From Eledone cirrhosa (taxonomy: Eukaryota), in assembly GCA_964016885.1 (NCBI GenBank), contig OZ024747.1, positions 85,932,001 through 85,996,000 of the forward strand: 64,000 bases of DNA, in the 5' to 3' direction. A program made the translations under genes and the position numbers. Of this stretch, positions 43,724-58,464 are shown piece by piece. A model generated the notes under the pieces. The model was not told the DNA's origin. It worked only from the letters and a program-made list of their open reading frames with translations, and did not search any database. Numbering within the stretch: position 1 is the first letter of the stretch; the number at the start of each line of letters is the position of its first letter.

Positions 43724-44104
43724 TAATAAAAACAATGAATAAAAACAAAGAAACATTTCCTTATATTAAAAAATTCATCATTTTACGATCGTTTCTAGGA
43801 TATATATGTGTGTGTTGGTATGTATATCATATAGATCTATGTAAAAATTTTACAAACTATCAGAGGAAAATAAACATACCTACACATATATATGCTGTCT
43901 TCACAAATAATCCATTATTTGTGAAGACAGCATATATATGTGTAGGTATGTATATTTTCCTCTGATAGTTTGTAAAATTTTTACATAGATCTATATGATA
44001 TACATACCAACACACACATATATATCCTAGAAACGATCGTAAAATGATGAATTTTTTAATATAAGGAACTGTTTCTTTGTTTTTATTCATTGTTTTTATT
44101 AATT
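43720..44104. repeat. Near-perfect palindrome (about 190-bp arms, 2-nt loop) carrying a hammerhead-like motif on each strand
   Basis: Centre ...CACAAATAAT-CC-ATTATTTGTG.... The plus-strand motif at 43913-44049 reads CATTATTT-GTGAAGA-long stem II-GAAA-CGATCG-TA-AAATGATG. Confidence 0.9.
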
Positions 44105-44806
44105 TATCTTGACTCTGTTTTCCTGTGATTTTCATCTAAAAAATTTTTGAATACTTCTTCTCTTTTCATGATATTTGGATTACATTGAGTTCTTCATACG
44201 GATTGGACACTACCGTATATTTTGGTAGATTTATCTACATATATATATATATATATAAATTCAGCGAGAATCGCATTTCGGCGGGTAGAAAAAGCGAAAC
44301 TTAACGCAAATTCCGAGTCATGCTGGCAAGCGCTCCATGGGCTAAAAAACACCAGAGCAACAAATATATATATATAATTGTTTCTACTTTTGGCACAAGG
44401 CCAGCAATTACCCAGTGCATTACTGGTACTTTATTTTATCGACCTCTCAGCGGGATTTGAACTCAGATCATACAGGGAGGTAACTCTATGCTTCATATAT
44501 ATATGTTCGCATGCCAACATAAGAGCAAGAATGAAGTGTTCATTCTCCTGACATGGTTATAAAATTGAGGCTTGTTTGAAAAATTGCAAACGAATCGAAT
44601 GTTATTATTAATATTCGAAAAACTCAGATTACATTTATTATATATATATATGTGTGTGTGTATATATATATATATGTGTGTGTGTATATATATACATATG
44701 TTGTAGCTCTGGTTCGTTAGAATCTATTAAGCGCTTGCCACACATCTCGGAAGTTGTTTTTCGCTAATTTCCAATAGCCGAAATACGATTCTCGCTAATT
44801 TATATT

Positions 44807-44868
<62 letters not shown>

Positions 44869-45029
44869 AAATGGTATGACCCCGACGGCAGAGCTCAAGC
44901 CGTGTTGACAGCTATATAGCCGTCGAAACGGCTTGATCTCTGCCGTCGGGGTCATACCCACTCTACTACCCTAAGTATTGAGTACTCTGGTGCGTTATGG
45001 TGATCTGGTTCCTTACCGCAACTCTTTCG

Positions 45030-45098
<69 letters not shown>

Positions 45099-45329
45099 TA
45101 TATATATATTTACATATGTATATATGTACGTATATATACATATATATATATACATATATATATATACATATATATGTATGTGTGTGTGTGTGTGTTACCG
45201 CCTACAAGATGACAGAACTAATAGACAGTGGTGTATGTGTATAAAATCGCCATATTTATAACATCAAAGTGATAAATGTGATAAATAGTAGAAGGATCAA
45301 TGCGCGACATTATAACGATCTACTACTTA

Positions 45330-46195
45330 ACTGGTACTTTATTTAACGACCCCGGAAGGATGAAAAATAAAGTTGATCAAAGTTTATCTCGATAGTATTT
45401 AACTCAAAGAGTAGAAATTCCTGTCTAAATACCGCCAATTATTTTGTCTGACGCTCTACCGATGTTGTTAATTTAATAATAATTGTTTCTACTTTGAGCA
45501 CATAGCCAACAATTTGAAGGGGTGGGGAAAGTTGATTAAATTGACTCCAGTGCGTTACTGGTACTATATTTTATCGACCTTGTAAGGATAAAAGGTAAAG
45601 CTAGCCTCGGCGGGATTTGAACTCAGAACGTAAAGGGCCGTAACTATATGCAGCAAAGCATGTTGTCCGTCGCTCTACTGATATCCACTGCTCTTGCTAA
45701 TCTAATAATAATTGTTTTTGATTTCGGCACAAGGCCACAATTTTGGGGAGGGGAGAGTCTATTATATTGACCCTAGTACGTTACTGGTACTTTAGTTTAT
45801 CGACCCCGTAAGGATGAAAGGCAAAGGTAATCTCGGCAGGATTTGAACTGAGAACCTAAAGGGCCGTAACTATATGCAGCAAAGCATGTTTCCGACGCTC
45901 TACCGATATCAACCGCCCTTGCTAATCTAATACTAATAAAATTGGTCGTCTTAGTTTCCCATAGCTCACGAACGGGCAGAATCGTTAGAACACCGCTATA
46001 AATACGGTACCTTGATATTTGTCCCGGATTTCTGCGTAGTATGCATAGTATTTTTGTGTTAATTGTTTCTACTTTTGGCACAAGGCCAGCAATTACCCAG
46101 TACATTACTGGTACTTTATTTTATCGACCCCGTAAGGATGAAAGGCAAAGTTAACCTCGGCGGGATTTGAACTCAGACCATAAAGGGCCGTAACT
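45330..46195 (-). mobile_element. Cluster of four minus-strand tRNA-type SINEs
   Basis: Repeated CTGGTACTTTATTTTATCGACCCCGTAAGGATGAAAGGC...GGATTTGAACTCAG. Confidence 0.85.
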
Positions 46196-47339
46196 GTTTG
46201 TGTTAATTAATGTAACTAACCAGTACTGACAAAGACTGTAATATAAAGCTAGGCCATATATTATATCTGTTTTATTTTTCATGTATTTTCAAATGTTCTG
46301 TGTTGTGTGTGTGTCTGTATGACGCGGATGTCCTTTCATTACTGAATGCTTTCTATGAACAATAATAAACAAGGAAGGAAAAGTTCCAAATGTCATCTCT
46401 ACCCACAACACCCACACCATCCTCGATACATAATGACCAAACTTGGTTTTCACAATCAAGAAAACAACACAAATAGCCAACAAAGCTATTCTATCGTTTT
46501 ATTACTATTGGGGCCGCCTCATCAATTTTTGACGATATGCATGATGCAAACGAATGGTGGTGGTGGTGGATTTGGGGGGGAATTGTACGGAGTTTAAAGC
46601 CCGACAATGGAAGAATTGAAGAGAAAAAGACGGAGAGGTTTCCTAGATTCAATGATGGCTGATCATTTGAGCCCTTCTAAATACACATCGTTGGGAAATT
46701 AGAGGTCAATATTCTATTAACATTGTCTCTTTTAATATAAACGCTGTTACATTTACCCCGCCCAATACATAATGGCCTCGGTTAGTTCTCACGATAACAT
46801 ATCACAAACAAGAAAACAAGAGAAGTAGCTAACAAAGCTATTTTTTAAATGTATGTTTTCTGTTTTTTTTCTTCTTCTTTTTCCTTTCTTAATGAATCAG
46901 CAATCTGTGAGAAATCTGTGGCAGTTGTTTCATAGAATCTAACATAGAAATCTTATCAGTAATTTGTCGCACGTTTGATCTTGTTTATTATTATGAAGTT
47001 AGATAAAGGACAAGGAAAGATTTTGTGTCTATATATTGCGTGTATGTAGATGTTTACTTTCTGCGTGTTGATGTTTATTGTGTGTGTATATGAATTGAAC
47101 GGTTTATTGTATTTGAGGATGTTTAGTGTATGTGTGTGTATGTGTGTATGTGTGTGTTGCTGGGGGGAATGTTCTAGAAAAATCTCGCCTGATGTAAAAA
47201 GCTAGTAAATAATTCGTCATAAGGAAATGAGTTGTTAATTTTTTCGTACATAAAGAAATGTTATTACGCATCAAAATACATTCATTTGTTGATATTTGAT
47301 ATTTTCTGTCGACATTTACGTAACCACCTTCTTGTCGTC

Positions 47340-47895
47340 TGCTGACTCTACTACCTAGTGACTTATCTGCTGACTATACCAGTCGATGGACTTGTCTGGT
47401 GACATTACTAGCCAACTGACCTGTCATCTGATCACTACACTAGCCAGTGGACCTATTATCTGGTGACCAAACTGGCAGAGGATCTGTTAGCTGAGGACTA
47501 TAGCCATTCAAGTTGACAGGTGACATTACTAGCCAATTGACCTGTCATCTGGTCACTACACTAGCCAGTGGACCTATTTGGTGACCAAACTAGGCAGTGG
47601 ATCTGTTAGCTGAGGACTATAGCCATTAAAGTTGACAGGTGACATTACCAGTCAGTTGGTGACATTACTAGCCAGTGGACCTATTTGGTGACCAAACTAG
47701 GCAGTGGATCTGTTATCTGAGGACTATAGCCATTAAAGTTGACAGGTGACATTACCAGCCAGTTGACCTGTCACCTGATGACTAAACTAACCAGTGAATC
47801 AGTCATCTGAAGTCTATAACCAGTGGGGCCCGTCGCCTGCTGATTATATCAGCCAGTAGACTTGTCATCCACTTGGCCTAGCCATTAAACTTGTC
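47340..47895. repeat. Degenerate minisatellite (about 27-32-bp base unit with a higher-order repeat of about 120 bp)
   Basis: Recurring GACATTACTAGCCAG..GACCTGTCATCTG and GGATCTGTTAGCTGAGGACTATAGCCATT blocks. Confidence 0.85.
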
Positions 47896-47928
47896 TGTAT
47901 CCCTCCGCGTTTTTGATTATTAAAAGAA

Positions 47929-48561
47929 CTAGCAGAAAAACCACCCTTCGTGTGGTTTTCTGCTAGCATGTGTAGTGTATATATTGATATTATACGCAAG
48001 TATATATGCATGTAGATATGATACATCAAATAAAATCGTAATTGACAATATACACAGAAATTGAACGAAGACTGTATTACATTCTCTTATGTAATCAGTA
48101 ACGTAATCCATGATACATTAAAAAAGACGATATTATATATCTGCTAGCATGTGTAGCGTGTATATTGATATTATACGCAAATATATATGCATGAAGATAT
48201 GATCAAATAAAATCGTAACTGACAATATACACAGAAATTGAACGAAGACTGCGTTACACTGTCTTATGTAATCAGTAACGTAATCCATGATACATTAAAA
48301 AAAAGACGATATTATATATAAACTGCATTAGGAGAAAATTAGTGACAGAAATATATGAATACTTATTTAAACGATCACTAACCGGAAGTGTTGACATTTG
48401 AAAATTTTAAAGAATTGAATCTTTAAATAAGTAATAAAATATATTTAATGAACAGCCACGAAATTTAGTAGATAAATTATGTAATATTCATTGATTATTT
48501 ATTCCAAGTAATCCAACTTATTTTACTAAGTCCCGCGCTTCTTACTTTATTCTAGTTTAGA
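47929..48561 (-). mobile_element. Non-autonomous Helitron with an internal tandem duplication of about 180 bp
   Basis: Reverse homolog of 34241-34820 with A|TC ... hairpin-CTAG|T. 47960-48140 is repeated at 48141-48320. Confidence 0.8.
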
Positions 48562-48918
48562 TTAGGGTCAGTCGCTTTCATTGGAAATGCGGCAATGAAA
48601 AGGTCAAAATATTTATCTAAAAACTTTCCATCGTAAATGTATGATCGTTTGTTGTTATGTTCCAAACACCAACTTAATGATGAAAAAGTTAGTTATATTA
48701 CTAAAAATTTCTACAGATATTATTATTTTTGAAAATATCAGAAAATGAAAGGCAGTGACTTTTATAAGAAATATTGTAATGAAAGCTTTTAATTTATTGT
48801 GCCCGTGCTGTTCGTCGATTTGCAGAACACCAACAAAAGCGAATAACTGTACGTGTAAGCAATATGGAACAATTTAATGCCACGTGGTTAACATTGCTGG
48901 TCATATGGTATATATTAA

Positions 48919-49242
48919 CCCTTTTGATACCAAACCGCTTGGAAACGCCCGTGGCTCTACGATAAAAAGAATTGTTTGTTTCAAAATGTTTATATTTATC
49001 TAAAAATCTATCATAATACTATAGAAGTACTTTTGTTAAGTTATGTATTAAACCTCAAATTAATAATGAGAAAATTAGTTTTATTACTAAGTCCTTCTCA
49101 ATTATTTATGATTTTTTAAATTATTTTAAAACCAATGAGAAAATGTGTTGTATTACTAAATGCTTCCAAATATTTGACTATTTTCAAAATGATTTGAAAA
49201 CTATAGGCAGCGTCGTTCATTATAACTATGGCAATGGAAGGG
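48919..49242. mobile_element. piggyBac-type MITE
   Basis: TTAA|CCCTTTTGATACCA ... TGGCAATGGAAGGG|TTAA. Confidence 0.7.
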
Positions 49243-49526
49243 TTAAACGTTAACCTATTAAAATTTAGTACGCATAGCTGAATAACTTAGTAATTCCACA
49301 TGACCGGTTATCCGGTTATTTGCAGTATTTACTAGTGACCTTCAAAAACCAAGTGCCCGGGGGAGAGTGGAATGGTTCTTTGCCACGTGACTTTACAATT
49401 TTTCGCTAGGTTTTAAAAAGAAAATAAACGGGCCATCCCACCATTTTTGGATGGTGTGAAACCCGAGAAAGGAATTTTGTTTCTAAAATTTAGAATTTTC
49501 ACACATTTAACACACTCACACACACT

Positions 49527-49562
<36 letters not shown>

Positions 49563-49749
49563 AATATATATAAAGAGTGAAGGAAAGAGAAAATAAGTAC
49601 CAGGCTTAGAAAATATGTACGGGTGTCGATAGGATTAACTAAAAACCTTAAAGGCCGTATTTCAGCATGGCCACAGTCTAATCGAAACTTTATTAAAAGA
49701 ATAATACGCAATAAAAGAATTCTATTCCACTACAAAACATTATCAGCCT

Positions 49750-50158
49750 AGAGTTATGTCCCTTTACGTTCTGAGTTCAAATCCTCACGAGGTTAACTTT
49801 GCCTTTCATCCTTACGAGGTCGATAAATAAAGCACCAGGGGTCGACTTTCCCCTCTTTCTTCAAATTGCTGGCCTTGCGCCTAAAGTAGAAATAATTATT
49901 TTGGCAGTATAGGTAGAGCGTCAGACATCATGCTTTGCAGCATAGAGTTATGGCCCTTTGCGTTCTGAGTTCAAATCCCGCCGAGGTTAAACTTTGCCTT
50001 TCATTCTTACGGAGTCGATAAAATAAAGTACCAGTAATGCACTGTGGTAATTGTTGGTCCTGTGCCAAAAGTAGAAACAATTATTATTGTTGTTATTGTT
50101 TTTGTTTCTGTTGTTGTCGTCCTCCTCCTCCTCCTCCTCCTCCTCCTCCTCCTCCTCC

Positions 50159-50204
<46 letters not shown>

Positions 50205-50488
50205 ATAATGGGGTCGATAAAATAAATACCAGTCACGCACTGGGGTCGATTAAATCGACTTTCCCCTCCCCCAAAATTGTTGACCTTGTGCCTATATAAG
50301 AAACAGATTGGCAGTATCGGTAGAGGGTCGGACGCCATGCTTTGACGCATAGAGTTACGGCCCTTGCCATTCTGAGTTCAAATCCCTCCGAGGTTAACTT
50401 TGCCTTTCATCCTTACGGGGTCGATAAAATAAAGTACCAGTAATACACTGGGTATTTGCTGGTCTTGTGCCTAACGTAGAAACAATTA
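49750..50488 (+). mobile_element. Cluster of about four tRNA-type SINEs with an interspersed (CCT)n/(CAT)n tract
   Basis: Family consensus repeated head-to-tail. Confidence 0.85.
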
Positions 50489-51214
50489 TCATATAATAGC
50501 AGTCAGATGTTTTGTGCAAAGCTGTTTTTGATCGACTGTGCTTTAGTTGTTTAGGAAACGACAACATCTACAGCAACGGCACCTCCTGCTTCAAAATCTA
50601 ATCTATGAGATGTTATCTCATCTTACCGTTTTTATATGGACCATGAGATTACCGCCCTATGCCCGAAAATTTGTTGGTATTCATTCGTACGCAAATACAC
50701 AGAGAACGCAGTCTTAAATTGTTGATAGCATAAAGAGTTGTTAGAACGTCGGATAGAATACTTTGCATTATTCGTTCCGTGGCTATATAAGTTCAAATCT
50801 CGCCGAAGTCAACTTTGCCTTACATTCTATCTAGGTCGATAAATGAAGTAGCAGTCCAATACTTGCAGGGTGTTGGTTGTGGTGGTGGTGGGGGCGTTGA
50901 TTATTCCGGTAATTCCCTTTCTTACTCTATCTCTCCCTCTCACGCACTCTCTCATTCAATCTCTCTTCTCTAGAAAAAATCGGGTGTGTTCAAACCTGGA
51001 GAGGGACGGGTTCCGTCAGGTTTAAATGCCCAAGAATGTATTTTACAACGGCCTATCTGTGACTCAATAAATAGTTTAGGGTTCATAGCATGAGATGGAT
51101 AGAACAAGCTATAAGATAGACGGCAGTTCCTTCATCAATAGATTCCTGTGGGGTTTCTGATACCTGGATGACAAATTCCAGCTCCTCAACATGTATATTG
51201 TATTTCGAAGTAGA

Positions 51215-51314
51215 AATACATTGTATTAAGATCGAAACAGGAATACATTGTATTAAGATCGAAACAGGAATACATTGTATTAAGATCGAAACAGGAATAC
51301 ATTGTAATAAGATC
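51215..51314. repeat. 27-bp tandem repeat, about 3.7 copies
   Basis: AATACATTGTATTAAGATCGAAACAGG repeated. Confidence 0.95.
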
Positions 51315-51714
51315 TGAAAGTAACTCGGTGACACAGGCAGTATCCTTCAATGAGTTTGGCTTCTGGTGGTGAATTGTCAGAATTACTAGAGCATCGGATT
51401 AAATGCTTTACTGTATTTGTTCCGGCTCACTGTGCTTTGAGTGCAAATCCCAGCAAGTTTAAATTTGCCTTTCAGCATTTCAAGATCGATTAATAAAGTA
51501 CCAATCAGTCTAATGGTGTTAGACCGGATGACTTGATGTATATATTCCTGCTCTGTGTGGTCAAATTTCAAATCCTGCCAACGGTCACTAAAAAGACGGT
51601 GACGCTTCGGCCAGAAGTTGCGACCGACAGACAGATCATCAATAAGAAGACCAATGGAGGTAATTTTATCGGCCGCTATCCTTTCCCTCCGTCCATTTTC
51701 GAAAAATCGTTAAT

Positions 51715-51890
51715 AGTCCCTAGCAGTGCAGACTTCTGGTGTCCTTGGCCCTAGGGCCACCTTCCTACTCACCGCCATCGGTGCAGAGCTGGCTAGCCGC
51801 AGGTGTGAGCCTCGCGAGCTGGAATCGTTCTTCCAGTGTATCCCCTCACCATCGTCCGAGGAAACAGCTTCTCTATTCTGTTCGCCGGGG
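51715..51890 (+). mobile_element. C-terminal fragment of a CRE-like RLE retrotransposon
   Basis: VPSSAD/AVQTSGVLGPRATFLLTAIGAELASRRCEPRELESFFQCI, then frameshifted LTIVRGNSFSIL. This resembles the CRE-clade ending P.AVET.G.FGP...QR.S.A..RGN. Confidence 0.6.
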
Positions 51891-52431
51891 CCGAGAGGCG
51901 GCCAACGCGTGGGACCCTATTTGCTCATAATAGTGGGAGATGGGGAGGGCGGGAGAGACGGAGGAGATGACAGTGGGAGTTTGGTTACCCTGTGTTCAAA
52001 TATAGATTAATTGGTTTTAGAAGTGCGTATTATACAGACGGATTATTTATTAAAGATATGATATATACTGAGGTCAAAATACATATTATACGCACAACAA
52101 TGCCTGGAGTGTGCAATACCCAGGAGAGAGCAAATTATACGCAACACTTCATTTTCCATAATACAAATGTAGATTACTTTAAAGATGAATATAAAATCAT
52201 GACTATTTATATTTTCTCTATTGCCCTACATATATACAGATATCTTGGTCTCTACTGCTTGCTGTGTGTATCTTGGGATAGAATATATACATTGTGTTTC
52301 TTAAAAGGCGTTTAAGGGGTTGACACATGAAGGGTATACGGCTGTAAAGGACCCTATTATCGTTGAGCCTATAAGTCCAACCATTAAAAGTCCTGTTGGA
52401 TGTATATATGTATACACACACACACGCACAC

Positions 52432-52471
<40 letters not shown>

Positions 52472-52515
52472 ACACACACACACGCGCGCACACACAGGCA
52501 CACACAGACACACAG

Positions 52516-52557
<42 letters not shown>

Positions 52558-52770
52558 GTGTATATATATATATATAGAGAGAGAGAGTGTGTGTGTGTGG
52601 TAAGAAACCAGGTGGACCATAACGCACCAGAGTACTCGATACTTAGGGTACTAGAGTGGGTAATCGGAAAAGAGTCAGGACCCCGACGGCTGAGCTCCGG
52701 CCGTTTCGACAGCTAGATCCGAACTAGCTGTCGAAATGGCCGGACTCAGCTGTCTGGGTACTGAATCTTT

Positions 52771-52829
<59 letters not shown>

Positions 52830-52977
52830 TCTCTCTCGGAAAATGTTTTACTGAGAACGCAGAAAACTGAAAATAAAGCTGCAAGGAAGGCATCTGTGTA
52901 CATACGTACGTGTGTATATTTAAGTATAGACATGTGTGTGTGTGTTTATAACGTATCTTGCTCAAGGATACAACACA

Positions 52978-53035
52978 TCACCCGGTCGATCACCCGGTCG
53001 ATCACCCGGTCGATCACCCGGTCGATCACCCGGTC
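52978..53035. repeat. 12-bp tandem repeat, about 5 copies (TCACCCGGTCGA)
   Basis: Directly visible. Confidence 0.95.
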
Positions 53036-53230
53036 CGAGAATCAAACTGACAACCTCTAACACCTACCCTTCATCTGTGTGTGTGTGTGTGTGTATATAC
53101 ACACACAAACACAAACACACACACTAAACACACACACACGCACACACACGCACACACACGCACACACACACACAAACACACACACACGCACACACACGCA
53201 CACACACGCACGCACACACACACACACACA

Positions 53231-53278
<48 letters not shown>

Positions 53279-53743
53279 TATAGATAGATAGATATAGATA
53301 TAGATATATATGTATATATATATATATATATATATGTTTCTTTGTGTGTGTTTCTGTATATGTATGTACGTGTATATGTGTATATGTATTCATATAAATC
53401 TATGTGTGTGCATGTGTGTGTATATGTGAGTATATATGTCAATACCCTCTGACGACCCGAGAACATCGTTATATTGTTGAAATCTAAAATAGAAGAAGTA
53501 ATGTGATGTTTATTAATGTTTAACTGCGCAGTAAGAGTGCAATGTTCTGCTGAGTATTTTGCTGGTACCCTTGCTGCACTTGTTGTTGCAACATCGGTCA
53601 TTGATGTGCAGCTAGCTGTTAGTGGTATAGTGGAGATGGTGGGCGTAGTGCTAGTGGTGGTGTTGGTGATGGTGCTGGGGATGCTTTTACGATATATGTG
53701 TGGAAAAGTGTGTGAATGAAAGAGTAAATATATACACATATGT

Positions 53744-53785
<42 letters not shown>

Positions 53786-54524
53786 GTATGTATGTATGTA
53801 TATATGCACACACATATATACGTATATGATTATATTACATACATACATGTATGTTAATATATATATATATATATAGGAAAAGAGTCAGGACCCCGACGGC
53901 TGAGCTCCGGCCGTTTCGACAGCTAGATCCACCTGGTTTCTTACCATACTTACTATATATATATGCGCGTGCGCGCGCGCGCGTGTGTGTGTGTGTGTAG
54001 GTATGTGTGCATATGTCTGTGCATGTGTGTGCATATCTTGGTGTGTGTCTTGTAGCGAGTGGGAAACGAAACGTCAATCAACTGAGTTTATCCTTGCAAT
54101 TTCATGACAAAAACTCCCATAACCGTGTTCAGGCAATATATAAAGGTTCTGTTTACACAGAGAATAATAGAATATTTTTCATGTTTGTTTAAATTTTCAC
54201 AGCTAGATTTTTATATATATGCTGTTATACACAAATATTTACTATTTAACACACAGCATTGCGCTAACTCTACAATATCTTCCAACCCACACCTTACGTC
54301 AACATATTTGATAACTCTACTTCTTTTGTTGGCGTGCTCGATCCCTTGTCTCCTTGAGTGTCCACTTGAGTGCCTGATTAATTACTTGAGTGTCCATTTT
54401 ATTATCTAAAGTTAACAGCTACTACATTTTCTTATCAATGATTACTAAGCAAAAACAAATGTTTTTTTTAATGATATAATACGAGGTGCGTATATACATA
54501 CATGTATATTTATGTGTGTGTGTC

Positions 54525-54817
54525 CAGGGTCCTCGTTTGCCTTAAAAATGTGAGGGGGACAAACCAACATTTGTTGATTCTTAAAGGAGCCTAAATTGCT
54601 TATGGTGCCTTTCCCAGACCCTATTACATAAGTAAAATTTTATGCTAATTCAATTTCATATATTCAAATGAAGTTCAGATATAAAAGAATAAGCTTAAAA
54701 AGAATTTATTATATCAAATAAACAAAAAATAAAATATAGACGTTTGAAAAAGTGTGTGTGTGTGTGGGGGGGGGGACTTGTCCCCTGGTAACCCCCCCCC
54801 CCGAAACAAAGCCCTTG
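54525..54817. mobile_element. hAT-type MITE (second copy)
   Basis: TIRs CAGGGTCCTCGTTT and AAACAAAGCCCTTG. Perfect 8-bp TSD TGTGTGTC. Confidence 0.88.
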
Positions 54818-54828
54818 TGTGTGTCTAT

Positions 54829-54861
<33 letters not shown>

Positions 54862-55166
54862 AAGAGAGAGGGAAATGGAAAGTGATACTCTTTTACTCTT
54901 TTACCTGTTCCAGCCATCCGACTGAGCCCATGCTGGAGCACCGCCCTTGACTATTGATGAACAAGAGGGTTTAACACTGCAGCCCTCATTTGTGGGATCT
55001 TACACACCAAACTGTCGTAATACAACTTCAAAACATACAACCCACTTCATTTAGATCTCTCAGCACATTTTGGAGCAGTATAATAAGCTAAGGGCATTTG
55101 AAAGCCAAGCTATTGCCGTATCTAGTCCTTATTCAAGATGTTGAAGGTGTGACTATGTATGGGTAT

Positions 55167-55267
<101 letters not shown>

Positions 55268-55285
55268 GACATATACACACACATA

Positions 55286-55423
<138 letters not shown>

Positions 55424-55586
55424 TATATTTAAATACATATTTAAATACATATTACATATGTTTCACTGCCGATCAGCTCGAGAAACGATCGAATAATGTT
55501 CGTTCCTGACTCTGGAATCGGAAGCTCCTGAGATATGTGTCCTCACATGTAGATATACGTCCTACTACTACTACTACTACTACTAC

Positions 55587-55629
<43 letters not shown>

Positions 55630-55830
55630 TGTATGTATAATATATTTGGCAATATACCGTATGTTTAATTAAAAACATTTAGAAGACTATTCGTTATCAG
55701 TTTTGAAGTAGTAACTATGTCTCATATTTTCGGCAAAGACTGGGAGAATGGCTATATATATATATATGTGTGTATATATATATATACACATATATATATA
55801 TACATGTGTGTATATATACACACACATATA

Positions 55831-55896
<66 letters not shown>

Positions 55897-56021
55897 TATA
55901 TATATATATACATATATATATATACATATATATATATGTGTGTTTATATATATATATATATAATATAGTAATAATAATAAATGTGAAGACTAAAATCCAA
56001 AGAGGGCTCGATAAAGATAAT

Positions 56022-56129
<108 letters not shown>

Positions 56130-56133
56130 CGTA

Positions 56134-56169
<36 letters not shown>

Positions 56170-56688
56170 ATATACAGAGTAGTGAAGAATATGCATATCT
56201 ATTATCTATTGTATTATTCGGCTACAATTTAATATTTATTAAATTTATTACCATTGTAAGAAACCAATAATATGTAAATCATGATATCCACTTGGGTGTT
56301 GCCGCCACATTTGAATGGTTTACACAACCTTTAGTTACATATTTCACTGTCTGTTCGTAATTAGATGCTTAGATATCTTCTGAAGATGGCTCCAACTGTA
56401 ACAGGTCAACGGATAAATACGTAATCAAGTCATGTTTACATATATAAAAGTATGTGGCCACGTGCAAATTTCTCGCAGCTTTCGTTAATTCCTGTACTGT
56501 TTGTGGACAGATAAGGATTTATAAATAGTACACTTCAGCTACTTAGTGCACAATTTAATACATACTTACACACACGTACACACTCACACACACACACGCA
56601 GGCACTCACACACACACACATACACACACATATATATATATTTATATATATATATATAAATATGTATATATATATGTATATATATATG

Positions 56689-56795
<107 letters not shown>

Positions 56796-57244
56796 TAAGG
56801 ATTACTATTTATGGTTATGTATATACTAAAACTTTTTATAGTTATATATATCTTAAACCCTAAACAGTGAAGGTCAGTAATTTATTACTACCTTATTACC
56901 AGTAAGATAAATAGCTCAATGTAATAACATCAGTTGTTCTACAGAGCAGTTATATAGAATTCACAGGAATCAAAGCTATGTGAACACAGAGAAAAACAAG
57001 ATGGCGTAGGACAGAACAAAGGAGAGGCAAAAAAACAAAGAAAAGAATCCCCAGTCAATGAAGAGGTCACAGAATGTGTGACGAAAGAACTTTGACAATA
57101 TATGAACAATCATCTGGTTGTGGAACCAACCAACCAGCCGGAAATTTATAAATTCCTAAATTTATAAATTTAATTTATAATAAATTGAAGTGAAAGCAAC
57201 TGGTGCGTGTGTTTCTTATTGGCAACATGACCCTCCCAAAGTAT

Positions 57245-57289
<45 letters not shown>

Positions 57290-57512
57290 CCACTGGGTGT
57301 ATTTTTATCCTGACTTCGGCAAGTAACCACTTACAATAGAACCATTAGCACAAACACTGCCATGAAAGCAGCTCTTCTGCTAAGAAACTATATATATAAA
57401 TATAATTTCAGCGAGATCGTATTTCGGCTATGGTCAAAAACAAAGCGAAACGCAATTTTCGATATATATATACACACGTCTCCCTCCCCCCTCTATCTCC
57501 CTTTCTATCTCC

Positions 57513-57560
<48 letters not shown>

Positions 57561-58157
57561 GCAGAACATACAATGTGCGTAATCAGTTATATTATTATTG
57601 CATATATACAATGTAAGCTGACAACGGAATCAGATTTTTTAAAACGCAAATTGATTGAATGTGCGTAGATGAGTGTGAATGGCGGGGCATTGGTCTGGAT
57701 ATGGTACGGATGGTGGGTGTCAGCATGAGTGGAAATGTCAGTTGGGGTTGGGGATGTGTCGGTATGTTGGTGTTAAAAGGAGTGGAATATTTAGGACACT
57801 GAAAACTGATGCTAAGCAATAATATATCAGCATACTTTCTAAAGTGTATTTGTAATTCTATGTGTTTGTGTGTTTGTATGTGTATGCGTGCGTATGTGTG
57901 TGTATGTCTGCATGTGTCTGTGCGCATGTGTCTGTGTATGTGTGTGTGTGTACGTGTGAGTGTGTGCGCTTGTGTATATATATATGTTTGTGCTTGTTTG
58001 CGTGTATCCGTGTGCTTGCGTAAATGTGTGTATATATATATATATATATGAGTGTGGGGGGGGGCATGTGTGTGTATGTGTGTGTATGTGTGTGTTTATG
58101 TATATATAAGTATATATATGTGTGTGCGTGTGCGTGTGTGAGTGCTTATGTATATAC

Positions 58158-58193
<36 letters not shown>

Positions 58194-58226
58194 TTATGTA
58201 TATACATATATATATATATATACAGT

Positions 58227-58259
<33 letters not shown>

Positions 58260-58464
58260 CATATATATTTAGAGTATATATATATATATATATACTGTAT
58301 ATATGTTTATATGTGTGTGTGTACTTGACATGCAACATAGTTTGCTCTAGATTTGCAGCTGTGTATATCAACTGACCCGGAAGTAGAAATACGTATGTAT
58401 ATAAACATGCTTAGTGTTGTTTTCTTGTTCGCTGCCTCAGCAGTATGTTGCTATTATTACTGGG

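Noticed and set aside
50306-50400. tRNA-like A/B boxes
   Set aside because: These are SINE heads without a cloverleaf or acceptor stem, not tRNA genes.
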